Positions 7,359-17,023 are shown, numbered from the stretch's first letter. The stretch is 64,000 nucleotides of DNA from Bacillota bacterium (GCA_009783985.1 WQVM01000001.1:7921-71920); one strand, 5' to 3'. Notes: generated by a model from the letters alone, not told the origin. Program-made: numbers and translations.

Positions 7359-9452
7359 ATGAAAGACATAACAACAATATTTGGCTCGATGGTTTTTAAT
7401 GATGTGGCTATGCAAGCGAGATTGCCTAAAGATGTTTATAAGGCACTCAAAAAAACCATGTCGCACGGCACGCATCTTGAGCTAGATGTAGCTAATGCTG
7501 TGGCTAATGCTATGAAAGAATGGGCGATAGAAAAAGGTGCGACCCATTTTACTCATTGGTTTCAGCCGATGACCGGTGTTACCGCAGAGAAACACGATAG
7601 CTTTATTATGCCTAGCGGTGACGGCGGGGCTGTTATGGATTTTAGCGGTAAGGAGCTTGTCAAAGGCGAGCCTGACGCATCAAGTTTTCCGTCAGGGGGG
7701 CTTAGATGCACTTTTGAGGCACGGGGGTATACTGTTTGGGATACTACTTCGTACGCTTTTATTAAGGACGGGACGCTGTGTATTCCTACGGCTTTTTGTT
7801 CTTATAGCGGTGAGGCTTTGGACAAAAAAACACCATTACTTCGTAGTATGGAGGCTGTTAATAAGCAGGCTCTTCGTATCCTTAGATTGTTCGGCAACAA
7901 AACGGCACAAAAAGTTGTTACGACTGTTGGTCCTGAGCAAGAGTATTTTTTGATAGATGAGCAAATGTATTTGAGTCGTCCTGACCTTATGTATACGGGG
8001 CGTACCTTATTTGGTGCAAAGCCGTCTAAGGGTCAAAAAATGGAGGCACATTATTTTGGCTCTCTCAAGCCTAGAGTGTCGGCTTATATGAAAGAGCTTG
8101 ACGAGGAACTTTGGAAACTAGGAGTATACGCTAAGACTAAGCACAATGAGACCGCACCTGCACAGCACGAACTTGCCCCTATATTCGGGACGGCTAATGT
8201 AGCGTGCGACCATAATCAGCTGACTATGGAGATGATGAAGGTTGTCGCAGTAAGGCACGGACTCTCGTGTCTGTTGCACGAAAAACCTTTTGCCGGAATC
8301 AGCGGCAGCGGTAAGCATAACAACTGGTCAATAATTACCGATACGGGGGTCAATCTGCTTGAGGCGGGCGACACCCCCTCCCAAAATGCACAATTCTTGC
8401 TGTTTTTGACGGCGGTTATCAAAGCGGTCAATGAATATCAAGACAGTTTAAGGGCATCTGCATCAAGTGCTGGGAATGACCACCGCTTAGGCGCTAACGA
8501 AGCTCCGCCTGCTATAATATCAATGTTTTTGGGAGATGAACTTACCGAAATTTTGGAGGCTATAGATGCCGGAGCGGAGTATAAGGATAAGGGTAGATTT
8601 AATGTCGAAGTTGGTGTTTCGGTTTTACCGCATTTTCCAAAGGACTCTACCGACCGCAACCGCACTTCGCCGTTTGCTTTTACGGGTAATAGATTTGAGT
8701 TTAGAATGTTGGGGTCAGCTTTTAGTATAGCCGGACCTAATATTGTGCTTAATACTGCTGTCGCTGAGGTTTTGGGGCAATTTGCGGACGAGTTAGAAAA
8801 AGCTAACGACTTCAAAAAAGCCCTAGCAGGACTTATTAAAAAAACATACAACGAAAATAAGCGGATAATATTTAACGGTAATAATTATTCGGATGAGTGG
8901 GCGACAGAGGCAAAAAAACGCGGACTGTCTAATTTGGCGTCTGCGGCAGATGCATTGCCTGCTTTTGTCAGTCAAAAGAGCGTTTCATTATTTGCTAAGC
9001 ACAATGTATTCAGCCAAGTTGAGATGCAGTCACGCTTTGAGATTATGATGGATAACTATTGTAAGACGCTTAATATTGAGGCTCTTACAATGATTGAGAT
9101 GACTAAGGGACTGATTATCCCTGCCGTTATCGAATATCAAAATGAACTGGTATTACTCCTCGAACGCAAAAAGAATTGCGGTGTGGTAGCAGAAAATGTG
9201 ATGGAAGGGCGATTATTAGCCAAAATCTCTAAGCTATCAAGTAGCCTTATCAAAAAACTTGACGCTCTCGAAAAAGCAATAAGCGATGCCAAAACTAAGG
9301 GCGATATTACAGCAAGAGGCAAATTTTACCGTAGCGGTGTTTTTGCTAAAATGAATGAGTTGAGAGTAGTTGTAGACGAGTTAGAAACTCTCGTAGGTAA
9401 GAATTATTGGCCGTTGCCGTCATACGGTGAGATTTTGACAAGTGTAATTTAG
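7359..9452 (+). CDS. glnN: Glutamine synthetase, type III
   Basis: ~697 aa from the ATG at 7359 (GGAAGG RBS). N-terminal [20 protein letters not shown] and the ~700-aa length are typical of GSIII. The ORF track's TTG start at 7344 is less likely. Confidence 0.9.
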   Translation: MKDITTIFGSMVFNDVAMQARLPKDVYKALKKTMSHGTHLELDVANAVANAMKEWAIEKGATHFTHWFQPMTGVTAEKHDSFIMPSGDGGAVMDFSGKELVKGEPDASSFPSGGLRCTFEARGYTVWDTTSYAFIKDGTLCIPTAFCSYSGEALDKKTPLLRSMEAVNKQALRILRLFGNKTAQKVVTTVGPEQEYFLIDEQMYLSRPDLMYTGRTLFGAKPSKGQKMEAHYFGSLKPRVSAYMKELDEELWKLGVYAKTKHNETAPAQHELAPIFGTANVACDHNQLTMEMMKVVAVRHGLSCLLHEKPFAGISGSGKHNNWSIITDTGVNLLEAGDTPSQNAQFLLFLTAVIKAVNEYQDSLRASASSAGNDHRLGANEAPPAIISMFLGDELTEILEAIDAGAEYKDKGRFNVEVGVSVLPHFPKDSTDRNRTSPFAFTGNRFEFRMLGSAFSIAGPNIVLNTAVAEVLGQFADELEKANDFKKALAGLIKKTYNENKRIIFNGNNYSDEWATEAKKRGLSNLASAADALPAFVSQKSVSLFAKHNVFSQVEMQSRFEIMMDNYCKTLNIEALTMIEMTKGLIIPAVIEYQNELVLLLERKKNCGVVAENVMEGRLLAKISKLSSSLIKKLDALEKAISDAKTKGDITARGKFYRSGVFAKMNELRVVVDELETLVGKNYWPLPSYGEILTSVI

Positions 9453-9470
9453 GAGAGAAGAATATAGATA

Positions 9471-10232
9471 GTGGAAGCTTTGATAATAGTAGCCGAAAGA
9501 TTTAAGAATGGATTGATGAGTAGGGCGACAGGTGGTGGAATGGCAGATTTGGAATTCAAGCAAGATAGGCAAATTTTGATGATATCTCCTGTCAAACACT
9601 TGCTCCCTAGATTTGTTCTAACTTGCAGAACTCCAAGCGAGTTTTGGAGTTTTATTAAATCAAAAATAGATTCTTATGAGGGACGAAGACAATTTTTGCA
9701 AAGCGAGTTTGAGGGTTTGCTGTGGGAGCTAGAAAACCCATTAAGTCAGAATGCGAAGATGGTTGGCGAACTTAAAGCCAAAATTGATAGCCATTATCTT
9801 TCGCAACAGATTGACATAATGATAGCAATGCAAAAGGAAAATCCGACTGAGGCAATCGGCAAAGCCAAAGAATTAGTTGAGACAATATGCAAAGCGATAT
9901 TAGATGAGAAGAATATTGAATACAAGAAAGCCGATGACCTTAGCGAACTAATGGGAAAAGTGGTTACTGTGCTTGAATTAACGCCAGATCACATCAGCGA
10001 CGAAAAACCGCTGAGTAAAACAATCAAGCAAGTGCTTGGCAATCTAAGAGCAATATCAAGTGGACTAGCGGAATTACGCAATCCTTATGGCGGAGGGCAT
10101 GGAAAATCTTTAGATTACAAAGGATTAGAGGAACGCCACGCAAAGCTAGCAGTAGGTAGTGCCACAATATTGGCAAGCTTTTTATGGGATAGTCATGTTG
10201 ATAGAAAGAACAAGGGAGGAGGCGGAACATAA
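9471..10232 (+). CDS. AbiJ-like protein with C-terminal Abi_C (HEPN-superfamily) domain
   Basis: C-terminal half AIGKAKELVETICKAILDEK...LGNLRAISSGLAELRNPYGGGHG contains an R-x6-H motif in the context I associate with Pfam Abi_C. GTG start with GGAGAG upstream; start uncertain. Confidence 0.6.
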   Translation: MEALIIVAERFKNGLMSRATGGGMADLEFKQDRQILMISPVKHLLPRFVLTCRTPSEFWSFIKSKIDSYEGRRQFLQSEFEGLLWELENPLSQNAKMVGELKAKIDSHYLSQQIDIMIAMQKENPTEAIGKAKELVETICKAILDEKNIEYKKADDLSELMGKVVTVLELTPDHISDEKPLSKTIKQVLGNLRAISSGLAELRNPYGGGHGKSLDYKGLEERHAKLAVGSATILASFLWDSHVDRKNKGGGGT

Positions 10233-10233
10233 A

Positions 10234-10815
10234 GTGATTAGACCTAAGCCAGAATTTACAAACAAAGACCAATCAAAACAAAAGCCTAGCGAGATTGTAG
10301 AAAGTGCAGAAGATTTTTTCGAGACGGCAAAAAGATGTGGAATGACATCAAGAAAAAGACTTTTATATTTTGCACAAACAGTTAATTTGGCAATAGCCTG
10401 TGAGCTTTACTTAAAAGCCATTTTACTTAAAACAAACAAGTCGTATGATATTGGTCATGATATTGACAAATATTACGAAAAATTGCCGGATACATCAAAA
10501 AGGGCAATTGAAGACGAGTATTTGAAAGAACAGAAAAAATGGAGTAAATGGATAACAGGGCATATTGAAAAAACAAGTGGTCAAAAACAGCCCAAAAAAA
10601 AATCACACAAAATTCCAAGAGAAAATGTGACATTAGAAATAGCATTCGTACTGCCGTATATTGCAAAATTATCTGTAAATTGGCGCTATTACTTTTCGTT
10701 TGATAAAAAAACAAGCACAGGCGATAATCATTTTTGGAGCATAGCAGTAGCGTTAAAAAAGCACGCAGAAATGTTAATACAAACAGAAAATGATGAGGAA
10801 AGCAAAATTATATGA
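10234..10815 (+). CDS. HEPN-domain protein (classical PF05168-like)
   Basis: AIACELYLKAILLK...GHDIDKYYEKL...NWRYYF resembles the HEPN helices. GTG at 10234 lies 11 nt after GGGAGGAGG and 2 nt after the upstream stop. The ORF-track start 10159 would overlap the upstream gene. Confidence 0.5.
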   Translation: MIRPKPEFTNKDQSKQKPSEIVESAEDFFETAKRCGMTSRKRLLYFAQTVNLAIACELYLKAILLKTNKSYDIGHDIDKYYEKLPDTSKRAIEDEYLKEQKKWSKWITGHIEKTSGQKQPKKKSHKIPRENVTLEIAFVLPYIAKLSVNWRYYFSFDKKTSTGDNHFWSIAVALKKHAEMLIQTENDEESKII

Positions 10816-10869
10816 TTGTTTAATAAATCCTAAAATATTTTTTCAAATGTTAAATTATTTAATACTTTT

Positions 10870-10898
10870 TTGACATTTGGGTGTTAAGATTGTAGTAT
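10870..10898 (+). promoter_or_regulatory. Putative promoter of the ABC transporter gene
   Basis: TTGACA (10870-10875), 17-nt spacer, TAGTAT (10893-10898). Confidence 0.5.
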
Positions 10899-10918
10899 CA
10901 ACACGAGGAGATACTACA

Positions 10919-13321
10919 ATGCTAAAACTTAAGAACATCACAAAATTCTATCAATTGCCGGGGCAGACGATTAAGGCTGTCAATGGGGTTGATTTGGAAT
11001 TTAGAAAAAACGAATTTGTTTCTATTCTAGGTCCGAGCGGTTGCGGAAAGACAACAACGCTTAATATTTTGGGCGGTCTTGACCAATATACTGACGGTGA
11101 CCTTATTATTGACGGCAAGTCTACTAAGGATTTTGGGAGTAATGATTGGGATAACTACCGCAATAAGCGGGTGGGTTTTGTTTTTCAGAGTTATAACTTG
11201 ATTTCGCATTTGACTGTTGCAGGTAATGTCGAGATGGCTTTGACTATTTCGGGGATTTCGCTTAGTGAGAGAAAAGCCCGTGCCAAAGAGGCTTTAGAGA
11301 GGGTAGGCTTAGGCGACCATATCAATAAAAAACCTAATCAACTGTCGGGCGGACAAATGCAAAGAGTGGCGATTGCAAGGGCTATTGTCAACCGCCCTGA
11401 GATATTGCTTCTTGACGAGCCGACCGGTGCGCTTGATACCAATACATCAATACAAATAATGGAGCTTATTAAGGAAATCGGAAAAGATAAGCTAATTATT
11501 ATGGTTACACACAATCCCGAACTTGCAGAGGAGTACTCCGAGCGGCTTGTCCATATGAAAGACGGTAAGGTCAGCAAGGACACTAATCCTTATGACAGTA
11601 GCGCAAAAGTAGATGAGGTCAAATCTATTGAGCAAGCTGCAGCTGTAACACCTATCAAAAATCGCAAAGAAAAAACCTCTATGTCATTTTTTACTGCACT
11701 TGGATTATCGGCAAGAAACCTCAAGACCAAAAAGAAGCGGAGTATAATGACGGCGGTTGCGTCTGCTATAGGGATATTAGGCATAGGACTAATATTGTCG
11801 CTGACAACAGGACTTAACGCTTATATCAGTGACCTGACACGCAATAATGTTGAGAGCAGTCCCATAACAATAAGCAGCGGCACGGTGACACAATCAGAGA
11901 ATGCTATGAGGCAAAACTTGGAGAGGTTTCCTGAGGCGCAAACAATGTTTGTAGAACGGACAATGGAGCCTCGTAATAGGACACCTGTTCCGTTAGGACT
12001 TAGAGAGTATTTTGAAGATAATTTTGACAGTTCGTGGTATAATGATATTTTGTTCCGCACGGGTATGGATGTACGGGTTTTTAGTGAGAGGACAGGCGGA
12101 GCATTTGAGGAAATTGCACCTCCTATGACAGGAATGTTTGCTCAATTAGTCGGCACGCATTGGCAACAATTATTAGCTCCTGATTTGACACTTCAGTTGT
12201 ATGACATAGTTAATACAGGAGGACGACTACCGCAAAACGAGAATGAAATAGCAATAGTGGTCAACGACCGCAACGCTATATCTGATACGACACTAATGCA
12301 ACTAGGGTTATGGACAATGGGCGACACCCGAACTGAATTTAGTTTTGACGAGGTAGCAGGAAAACAGTTTAAGATACCTACTAACAATCAGTTGTATTCT
12401 TTTGACGGCAATGTTTTTGCCCAAAATCCGTCCTCGGCGATAGATTTTAGTGGGGTGCATACTGTTGAGATAACGGCGGTGTTAAGACGCAAGGACGGCA
12501 TAGATATGGGGTTGTACGGTATGGGCTTGGCATATCCGTTGCAGCTAGTGGAGTGGTTAGAAACAGCTAACAGCAACTCGGATATTGTACAGTGGATGAT
12601 TGCTAATCCGTTGTATGACCCATTTAATAATGTACCGTATACATTGAATCATAGCGGTATGGTTATCAATACGCCTGCCAACCGTTGGGAAGACCAATTC
12701 AGGGTGTTTGGCGGAGTGCCTCTTGCAGGTATAACCGTAGACGGAATCGGACGGCTTGAAGCTAACGAGATAAGTATATATGCGAGGGATTTGGCAGGTA
12801 AAAACGCTATTGTCGCTGTGCTTGACAATTATAACGCAACCAGACCCGAAGCCGAGCAAATCGTCTATGAGGATTTGATGGATATGATTGCAAGTATTAT
12901 GAGTAATATGGTCAATGTAATCAGCTGGGTGTTAATAGGCTTTACGAGCATATCCTTGATAGTTAGTGCGGTAATGATTTCTATAATAACATCTATTTCT
13001 GTGTTAGAGCGTACAAAAGAAATCGGAATACTTCGTTCAATCGGCGCAAGAAAAAAAGATGTGACAAGATTGTTTAATGCTGAGAATGTATTGCTTGGAT
13101 TACTTGCAGGGCTTGTGGGAACAGTAACGACACTATTATTGACTTTGCCAATCAACTTGATATTCAGCGTATTGTTAGGGGCATCGGGATTGGCATCGTT
13201 TACTTTCTGGCACGCACTAATTTTGATTGGAGTAAGTACAGGCGTTGCATTTGTGTCAGGGTTTCTGCCGGCAAGAAAAGCCGCTAAGAAAGACCCTGTA
13301 TTGGCGTTAAGAAGTGAGTAG
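10919..13321 (+). CDS. Fused ABC transporter: N-terminal ATPase plus C-terminal MacB/FtsX-type permease with a large extracytoplasmic domain
   Basis: Walker A GPSGCGKTT, signature LSGGQMQRVAIARA, Walker B LLLDEPTGALD. TM1 near aa 290, ~370-aa loop, then an FtsX-like 3-TM bundle at the C-terminus. ATG at 10919 follows AGGAG. Confidence 0.85.
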   Translation: MLKLKNITKFYQLPGQTIKAVNGVDLEFRKNEFVSILGPSGCGKTTTLNILGGLDQYTDGDLIIDGKSTKDFGSNDWDNYRNKRVGFVFQSYNLISHLTVAGNVEMALTISGISLSERKARAKEALERVGLGDHINKKPNQLSGGQMQRVAIARAIVNRPEILLLDEPTGALDTNTSIQIMELIKEIGKDKLIIMVTHNPELAEEYSERLVHMKDGKVSKDTNPYDSSAKVDEVKSIEQAAAVTPIKNRKEKTSMSFFTALGLSARNLKTKKKRSIMTAVASAIGILGIGLILSLTTGLNAYISDLTRNNVESSPITISSGTVTQSENAMRQNLERFPEAQTMFVERTMEPRNRTPVPLGLREYFEDNFDSSWYNDILFRTGMDVRVFSERTGGAFEEIAPPMTGMFAQLVGTHWQQLLAPDLTLQLYDIVNTGGRLPQNENEIAIVVNDRNAISDTTLMQLGLWTMGDTRTEFSFDEVAGKQFKIPTNNQLYSFDGNVFAQNPSSAIDFSGVHTVEITAVLRRKDGIDMGLYGMGLAYPLQLVEWLETANSNSDIVQWMIANPLYDPFNNVPYTLNHSGMVINTPANRWEDQFRVFGGVPLAGITVDGIGRLEANEISIYARDLAGKNAIVAVLDNYNATRPEAEQIVYEDLMDMIASIMSNMVNVISWVLIGFTSISLIVSAVMISIITSISVLERTKEIGILRSIGARKKDVTRLFNAENVLLGLLAGLVGTVTTLLLTLPINLIFSVLLGASGLASFTFWHALILIGVSTGVAFVSGFLPARKAAKKDPVLALRSE

Positions 13322-13370
13322 ATTACAATCACACCCCCGTCATTGCAGAAATTATGGGGTTAGGACGGAA

Positions 13371-13563
13371 CTATCTGTCATCGTCTTTGCGAGCCGTCGC
13401 TACAAAAGATAGCAAGGATAAGTATCTACGGCGAAGCAATCCAGCTAAGGAATAGACGGATACACTATCTATGTTTCCATCTATTTCTTAGCTGGATTGC
13501 TTCGCCGTTCAATAATTCCTTATGTCCTATAATGTGACGGCTCGCAAAGACGGTGACAGATAG
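13371..13563. repeat. 193-bp nested palindromic element (copy B of the box1/box2 family), MITE-like
   Basis: Outer inverted repeat CTATCTGTCATCGTCTTTGCGAGCCGTC / GACGGCTCGCAAAGACGGTGACAGATAG. Inner inverted repeat CGGCGAAGCAATCCAGCTAAGGAATAGACGGA / TCCATCTATTTCTTAGCTGGATTGCTTCGCCG. Second copy at 59037-59222. Confidence 0.85.
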
Positions 13564-13608
13564 TGCTTTCGTGCCGTGCGGTGAGGAAAAATATCGGAGG
13601 ACAACAAT

Positions 13609-14280
13609 ATGTTTAAGATTCTAATAGCAGAGGATGAGCCTCATTTAAGAGCCGCTATGGCAAAAAGCCTTTCGGCAGAGGGGTACAAGGTTATTGAGTG
13701 CCACGACGGGCAAAAAGCTCTTGAAGTTTTTTATTCGGAGCATATTGATATTGTCATTACCGATATAATGATGCCCCGAATGGACGGTAATACTCTTACG
13801 GCTCATATACGAAAAGTTAATCCTGATATTCCTATCTTAATGCTTACCGCACTGGAAAGTATGGACGATAAGGAAAAAGGTTTTGACAGCGGTACGGATG
13901 ATTATCTTGTTAAGCCTATTTTGATGAAAGAATTAGGGTTAAGAGTCAAGGCGTTACTTAGGCGATACAAAATAAATACCGAAAAAAGACTTGAGTTAGC
14001 TAATACCGTCATTGACTTTGGCGCACAAACCTCAATTATAAGCGAACGCAATATTGAGCTGACCAAAAAAGAATTTCAGCTGCTATTTAAGTTATTAGTC
14101 AACCCTAACAAGATTTTTAGCCGTGAGCAATTGCTCAACGAGATTTGGGGATACGAGAGTGATTCGTCTGACCGTACAGTGGACACACATATAAGTTGGC
14201 TTAGAGACAAGGCACAAAGTCCCGACTATGAGATAACGACTGTATGGGGATTAGGATATAAGGCGGTAATCAAACAATGA
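13609..14280 (+). CDS. OmpR-family response regulator
   Basis: Receiver domain (ILIAEDE...DIVITDIMMP...KP) plus winged-helix C-terminus (LTKKEFQLLFKL...RTVDTHISWLRDK...GLGYK). Confidence 0.9.
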   Translation: MFKILIAEDEPHLRAAMAKSLSAEGYKVIECHDGQKALEVFYSEHIDIVITDIMMPRMDGNTLTAHIRKVNPDIPILMLTALESMDDKEKGFDSGTDDYLVKPILMKELGLRVKALLRRYKINTEKRLELANTVIDFGAQTSIISERNIELTKKEFQLLFKLLVNPNKIFSREQLLNEIWGYESDSSDRTVDTHISWLRDKAQSPDYEITTVWGLGYKAVIKQ

Positions 14281-15335
14281 AAGAAAAAAACAAAAAAAGA
14301 GTGCGTATAAAGCTGCCCCTCAAAATAATAATGCTGCTTTTTGTTATATTGGCGATTGTCATTATTGTTTTACAAATAATACTTGCGATTGTGCGTGCCG
14401 TAATGAGTAGACCGATTATAAATCCTGATGCTCCCGATAGGTGGCTGTTCTTTTCGCCTATAGTTATCGGGATTATCATAATGACACTTTTTGCTTTGGC
14501 GATAAATAGGCTTGTGGTTACCCGAATCCGCAAACTTAACAACGCTACCAAAGAGGTTGCCAAAGGCAATTTTGATATAACAATTGAGCAAAAAGGGCGT
14601 GACGAGTTATCTGAGCTTACAGAGAGTTTTAACAAAATGAGTGCCGAGCTTAAAGCTAACGAGTACCTAAGCAAGGATTTTGTCCGTAATGTATCCCACG
14701 AATTTAAGACGCCGATTAGTGCGATAAGAGCTTATGGCGAACTTCTTGATGCTGAGGCTGACGCTCCAAAAATTGATAGAAAAACTCTCAAAGAATATGC
14801 CGAGATAATTGTAAAAGAGAGTGACCGCCTTACTGCTATGAGCAAAAGTATTTTGCAACTATCTTTGCTTGACAGTACCACGATAATAAAAAAAGACGAC
14901 AGGGTTAAGCCTGCCGAACAAATTCGTGATATATTGAGGCTTTATGAGGTCAAGTGGTCGGATAAGAATTTGACACTTGACTTGCAACTTGACGAGGTGA
15001 CTATAACAAGTAATGAGCAACTACTCTATCAAGTATGGCAAAATCTAATAGGCAACGCACTAAAATTTAGTAACAACGGCGGAACGCTCAAAATCAGCGT
15101 AGAAGGAAGTGGGCAAGGAGTAATCTTCAAAATAACCGACAACGGGATAGGGATTAGCGATGAGGATAAAGAGCAAATTTTTTCTCAATTTTTTATGGCG
15201 GACAAGTCGCATAATACCGAGGGTAGCGGTCTTGGTCTTCCCATAGTCAAGAAAATTATCGATAAACTCTGCGGGCAAATTTATGTCGAGAGTACAGTAG
15301 GGCAAGGCACAAAATTTACAGTAATACTAAACTAA
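14277..15335 (+). CDS. Sensor histidine kinase, intramembrane-sensing type (two TM helices with a ~14-aa external loop, HAMP, HisKA, HATPase_c)
   Basis: H-box SHEFKTPISAI, N-box QNLIGNALKFS, G-boxes DNGIGI and GSGLGL. ATGA overlap with the response regulator gene. Confidence 0.9.
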   Translation: MKEKNKKRVRIKLPLKIIMLLFVILAIVIIVLQIILAIVRAVMSRPIINPDAPDRWLFFSPIVIGIIIMTLFALAINRLVVTRIRKLNNATKEVAKGNFDITIEQKGRDELSELTESFNKMSAELKANEYLSKDFVRNVSHEFKTPISAIRAYGELLDAEADAPKIDRKTLKEYAEIIVKESDRLTAMSKSILQLSLLDSTTIIKKDDRVKPAEQIRDILRLYEVKWSDKNLTLDLQLDEVTITSNEQLLYQVWQNLIGNALKFSNNGGTLKISVEGSGQGVIFKITDNGIGISDEDKEQIFSQFFMADKSHNTEGSGLGLPIVKKIIDKLCGQIYVESTVGQGTKFTVILN

Positions 15336-17023
15336 ATCCAAAGCATACTGCTGACAACAACGGGATTGTCTTTAGACGATATAATTTGCAACTGTACGAC
15401 ATTCTCAAAACTCTCTAGATGATAAGTGCCGTCCTTAGTCTTAAATTCGTTTGCGTTAAGGGTTGCCTTGCTCCAAATCTTGCCTCCAGATATGGGGAAA
15501 TCAACCGAAAAAGATTCTGTATCACCGCCGTCAAATCTAGCGATGGCGGTGATTTTTATGGTACTTGGAGAGCTACTCCACAATTCGAGTTGCAACAAAC
15601 TTTCGGCAAAGGCTTGATAAGACTTGTCGCAAGGTTTGTTAGTAATTAGTATGCCGGACAGTGAGGTTACCCCCTCAATGTTATGCGGACCGACAGCCAT
15701 TTTGAGAGAGTCCTCATTCATAAATATTCCGTTAGTACCAGCCGAAAAACAATCCGTGCCCATAGAGTTGTCGTACAGAAGGCGGGTATGACCGATTTTT
15801 TCGGCATTGGTGATTCCAAGTTTTGAGGGAATCTTTTTAACCAGTCGTGTCGATAAGCAATAACTGTTCTCAAATTTGATTGTAGCAAAACAGTTGATAG
15901 GAGCATTTATATCAAAAATCGGAGCTTTGATAATATACTCGCCGTCACCGATAAACTCGGCAGGCAGAGTAGTCCAGTTTCGATAACCGGGTTCAAGTTC
16001 GCCGTAAGAATAAAAGACCTCAACGCTTTCTATTTTGAGATTAGGATTATTAGTTTTAAGTTCATAATAAAGTTTGTTTTCACTTTGTACAGCCTTGAGA
16101 GTAGGGCGGTATATAAGAGGTTGTTTTTCCGAAAAAATTGTCTTAAACCACAGCCCTAAATTAGGACGCTGTTTTAATCCTACCATATGCTCACTGCGTT
16201 CGGTGACGGATAATAAGCTATTGTTTGCTTGCGGTAAAAAATTAAAAAAGCCGCTCATTGTATCAAAATAACCGTTGGTATCATTAGAAGCAATTTCTAC
16301 AAAAACCGAGCGTTCCAAAAATGTTAAATAATTTTTAGGTGAAAGAGCGGCGAGATAGCGCAAAGAATCATTATCAGTATTATTTTCCGGCGGAGATTGT
16401 TCGGTGCCGAGCAAAATAGCTCCGCCTCTAAGACGAGGTTCAAGCGCACATACACGCCATACATTAACTGCGCCGTCACCCATTCCGAGCAAAGCTATTT
16501 TTTTAGTGTCAACCTCAGCAAAACTTGCCGCTTGCTTTACAGCTCTCCGCACTACAGCCGTCCACTCATACCACAAACTGTCAAAAGGATTAGGAGTAAT
16601 GGACTTCATAAGATTTGGGTCACGAAAATAATTGCAATATGATAAACTTTCAGGATACAAAGTATATCGTGCTTCTGTAGGGTGTTCTCCGCCGTAGTCA
16701 AATTCAAAAACCGCATAACCTGAATCCATTGCTAGCTCTATCTCGGGGACTCCGATATGATTATGCGGTTCGCCGATAATCACAATACAAGGCGGCTTGA
16801 CAGCCGTCTTACGCATAGTCAGCCTGCCAAAAATCCGCACAACACCGTCATTTTTTTTTGTGCCGCTAAAATAAACTTCCTTGACCTTATTAAACTCATC
16901 TGTAGTCTCTTTGATTACAGTAGTCGCAAGCGGCGCATCAGCGTCCCATTCTTTCCAAAAACTTTGTGCGGTAAGAATTGAATTCATAACGGGCATTATA
17001 TCACATCTACAAAATAAAGTCAA
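15332..17023 (-). CDS. Hypothetical protein with alpha/beta-hydrolase-like (acetyl-xylan-esterase/dienelactone-hydrolase-like) N-terminal half but no GxSxG serine
   Basis: 563 aa. CIVIIGEPHNH...KKIALLGMGDGAVNVW is arranged like a nucleophile elbow but reads G-M-G-D-G. Start uncertain (Met1, Met10 or Met13). Confidence 0.4.
   Translation of the reverse strand: MTLFCRCDIMPVMNSILTAQSFWKEWDADAPLATTVIKETTDEFNKVKEVYFSGTKKNDGVVRIFGRLTMRKTAVKPPCIVIIGEPHNHIGVPEIELAMDSGYAVFEFDYGGEHPTEARYTLYPESLSYCNYFRDPNLMKSITPNPFDSLWYEWTAVVRRAVKQAASFAEVDTKKIALLGMGDGAVNVWRVCALEPRLRGGAILLGTEQSPPENNTDNDSLRYLAALSPKNYLTFLERSVFVEIASNDTNGYFDTMSGFFNFLPQANNSLLSVTERSEHMVGLKQRPNLGLWFKTIFSEKQPLIYRPTLKAVQSENKLYYELKTNNPNLKIESVEVFYSYGELEPGYRNWTTLPAEFIGDGEYIIKAPIFDINAPINCFATIKFENSYCLSTRLVKKIPSKLGITNAEKIGHTRLLYDNSMGTDCFSAGTNGIFMNEDSLKMAVGPHNIEGVTSLSGILITNKPCDKSYQAFAESLLQLELWSSSPSTIKITAIARFDGGDTESFSVDFPISGGKIWSKATLNANEFKTKDGTYHLESFENVVQLQIISSKDNPVVVSSMLWI

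Noticed and set aside
7576-7953. 125-aa same-strand alternative-frame ORF within glnN
   Set aside because: It is embedded out of frame in a highly conserved GSIII coding region, with no RBS.
10159-10233. ORF-track start (ATG 10159) for the second HEPN gene
   Set aside because: It would overlap the upstream gene by 74 nt and has no RBS. GTG 10234 follows GGGAGGAGG at proper spacing and the upstream stop by 2 nt.
13330-13575. CRISPR array, considered for this and the other repeat clusters (57150-57545, 59037-59222, 41154-41650)
   Set aside because: The repeats are inverted or palindromic, not regularly spaced direct repeats with unique spacers. No cas genes are in the window.
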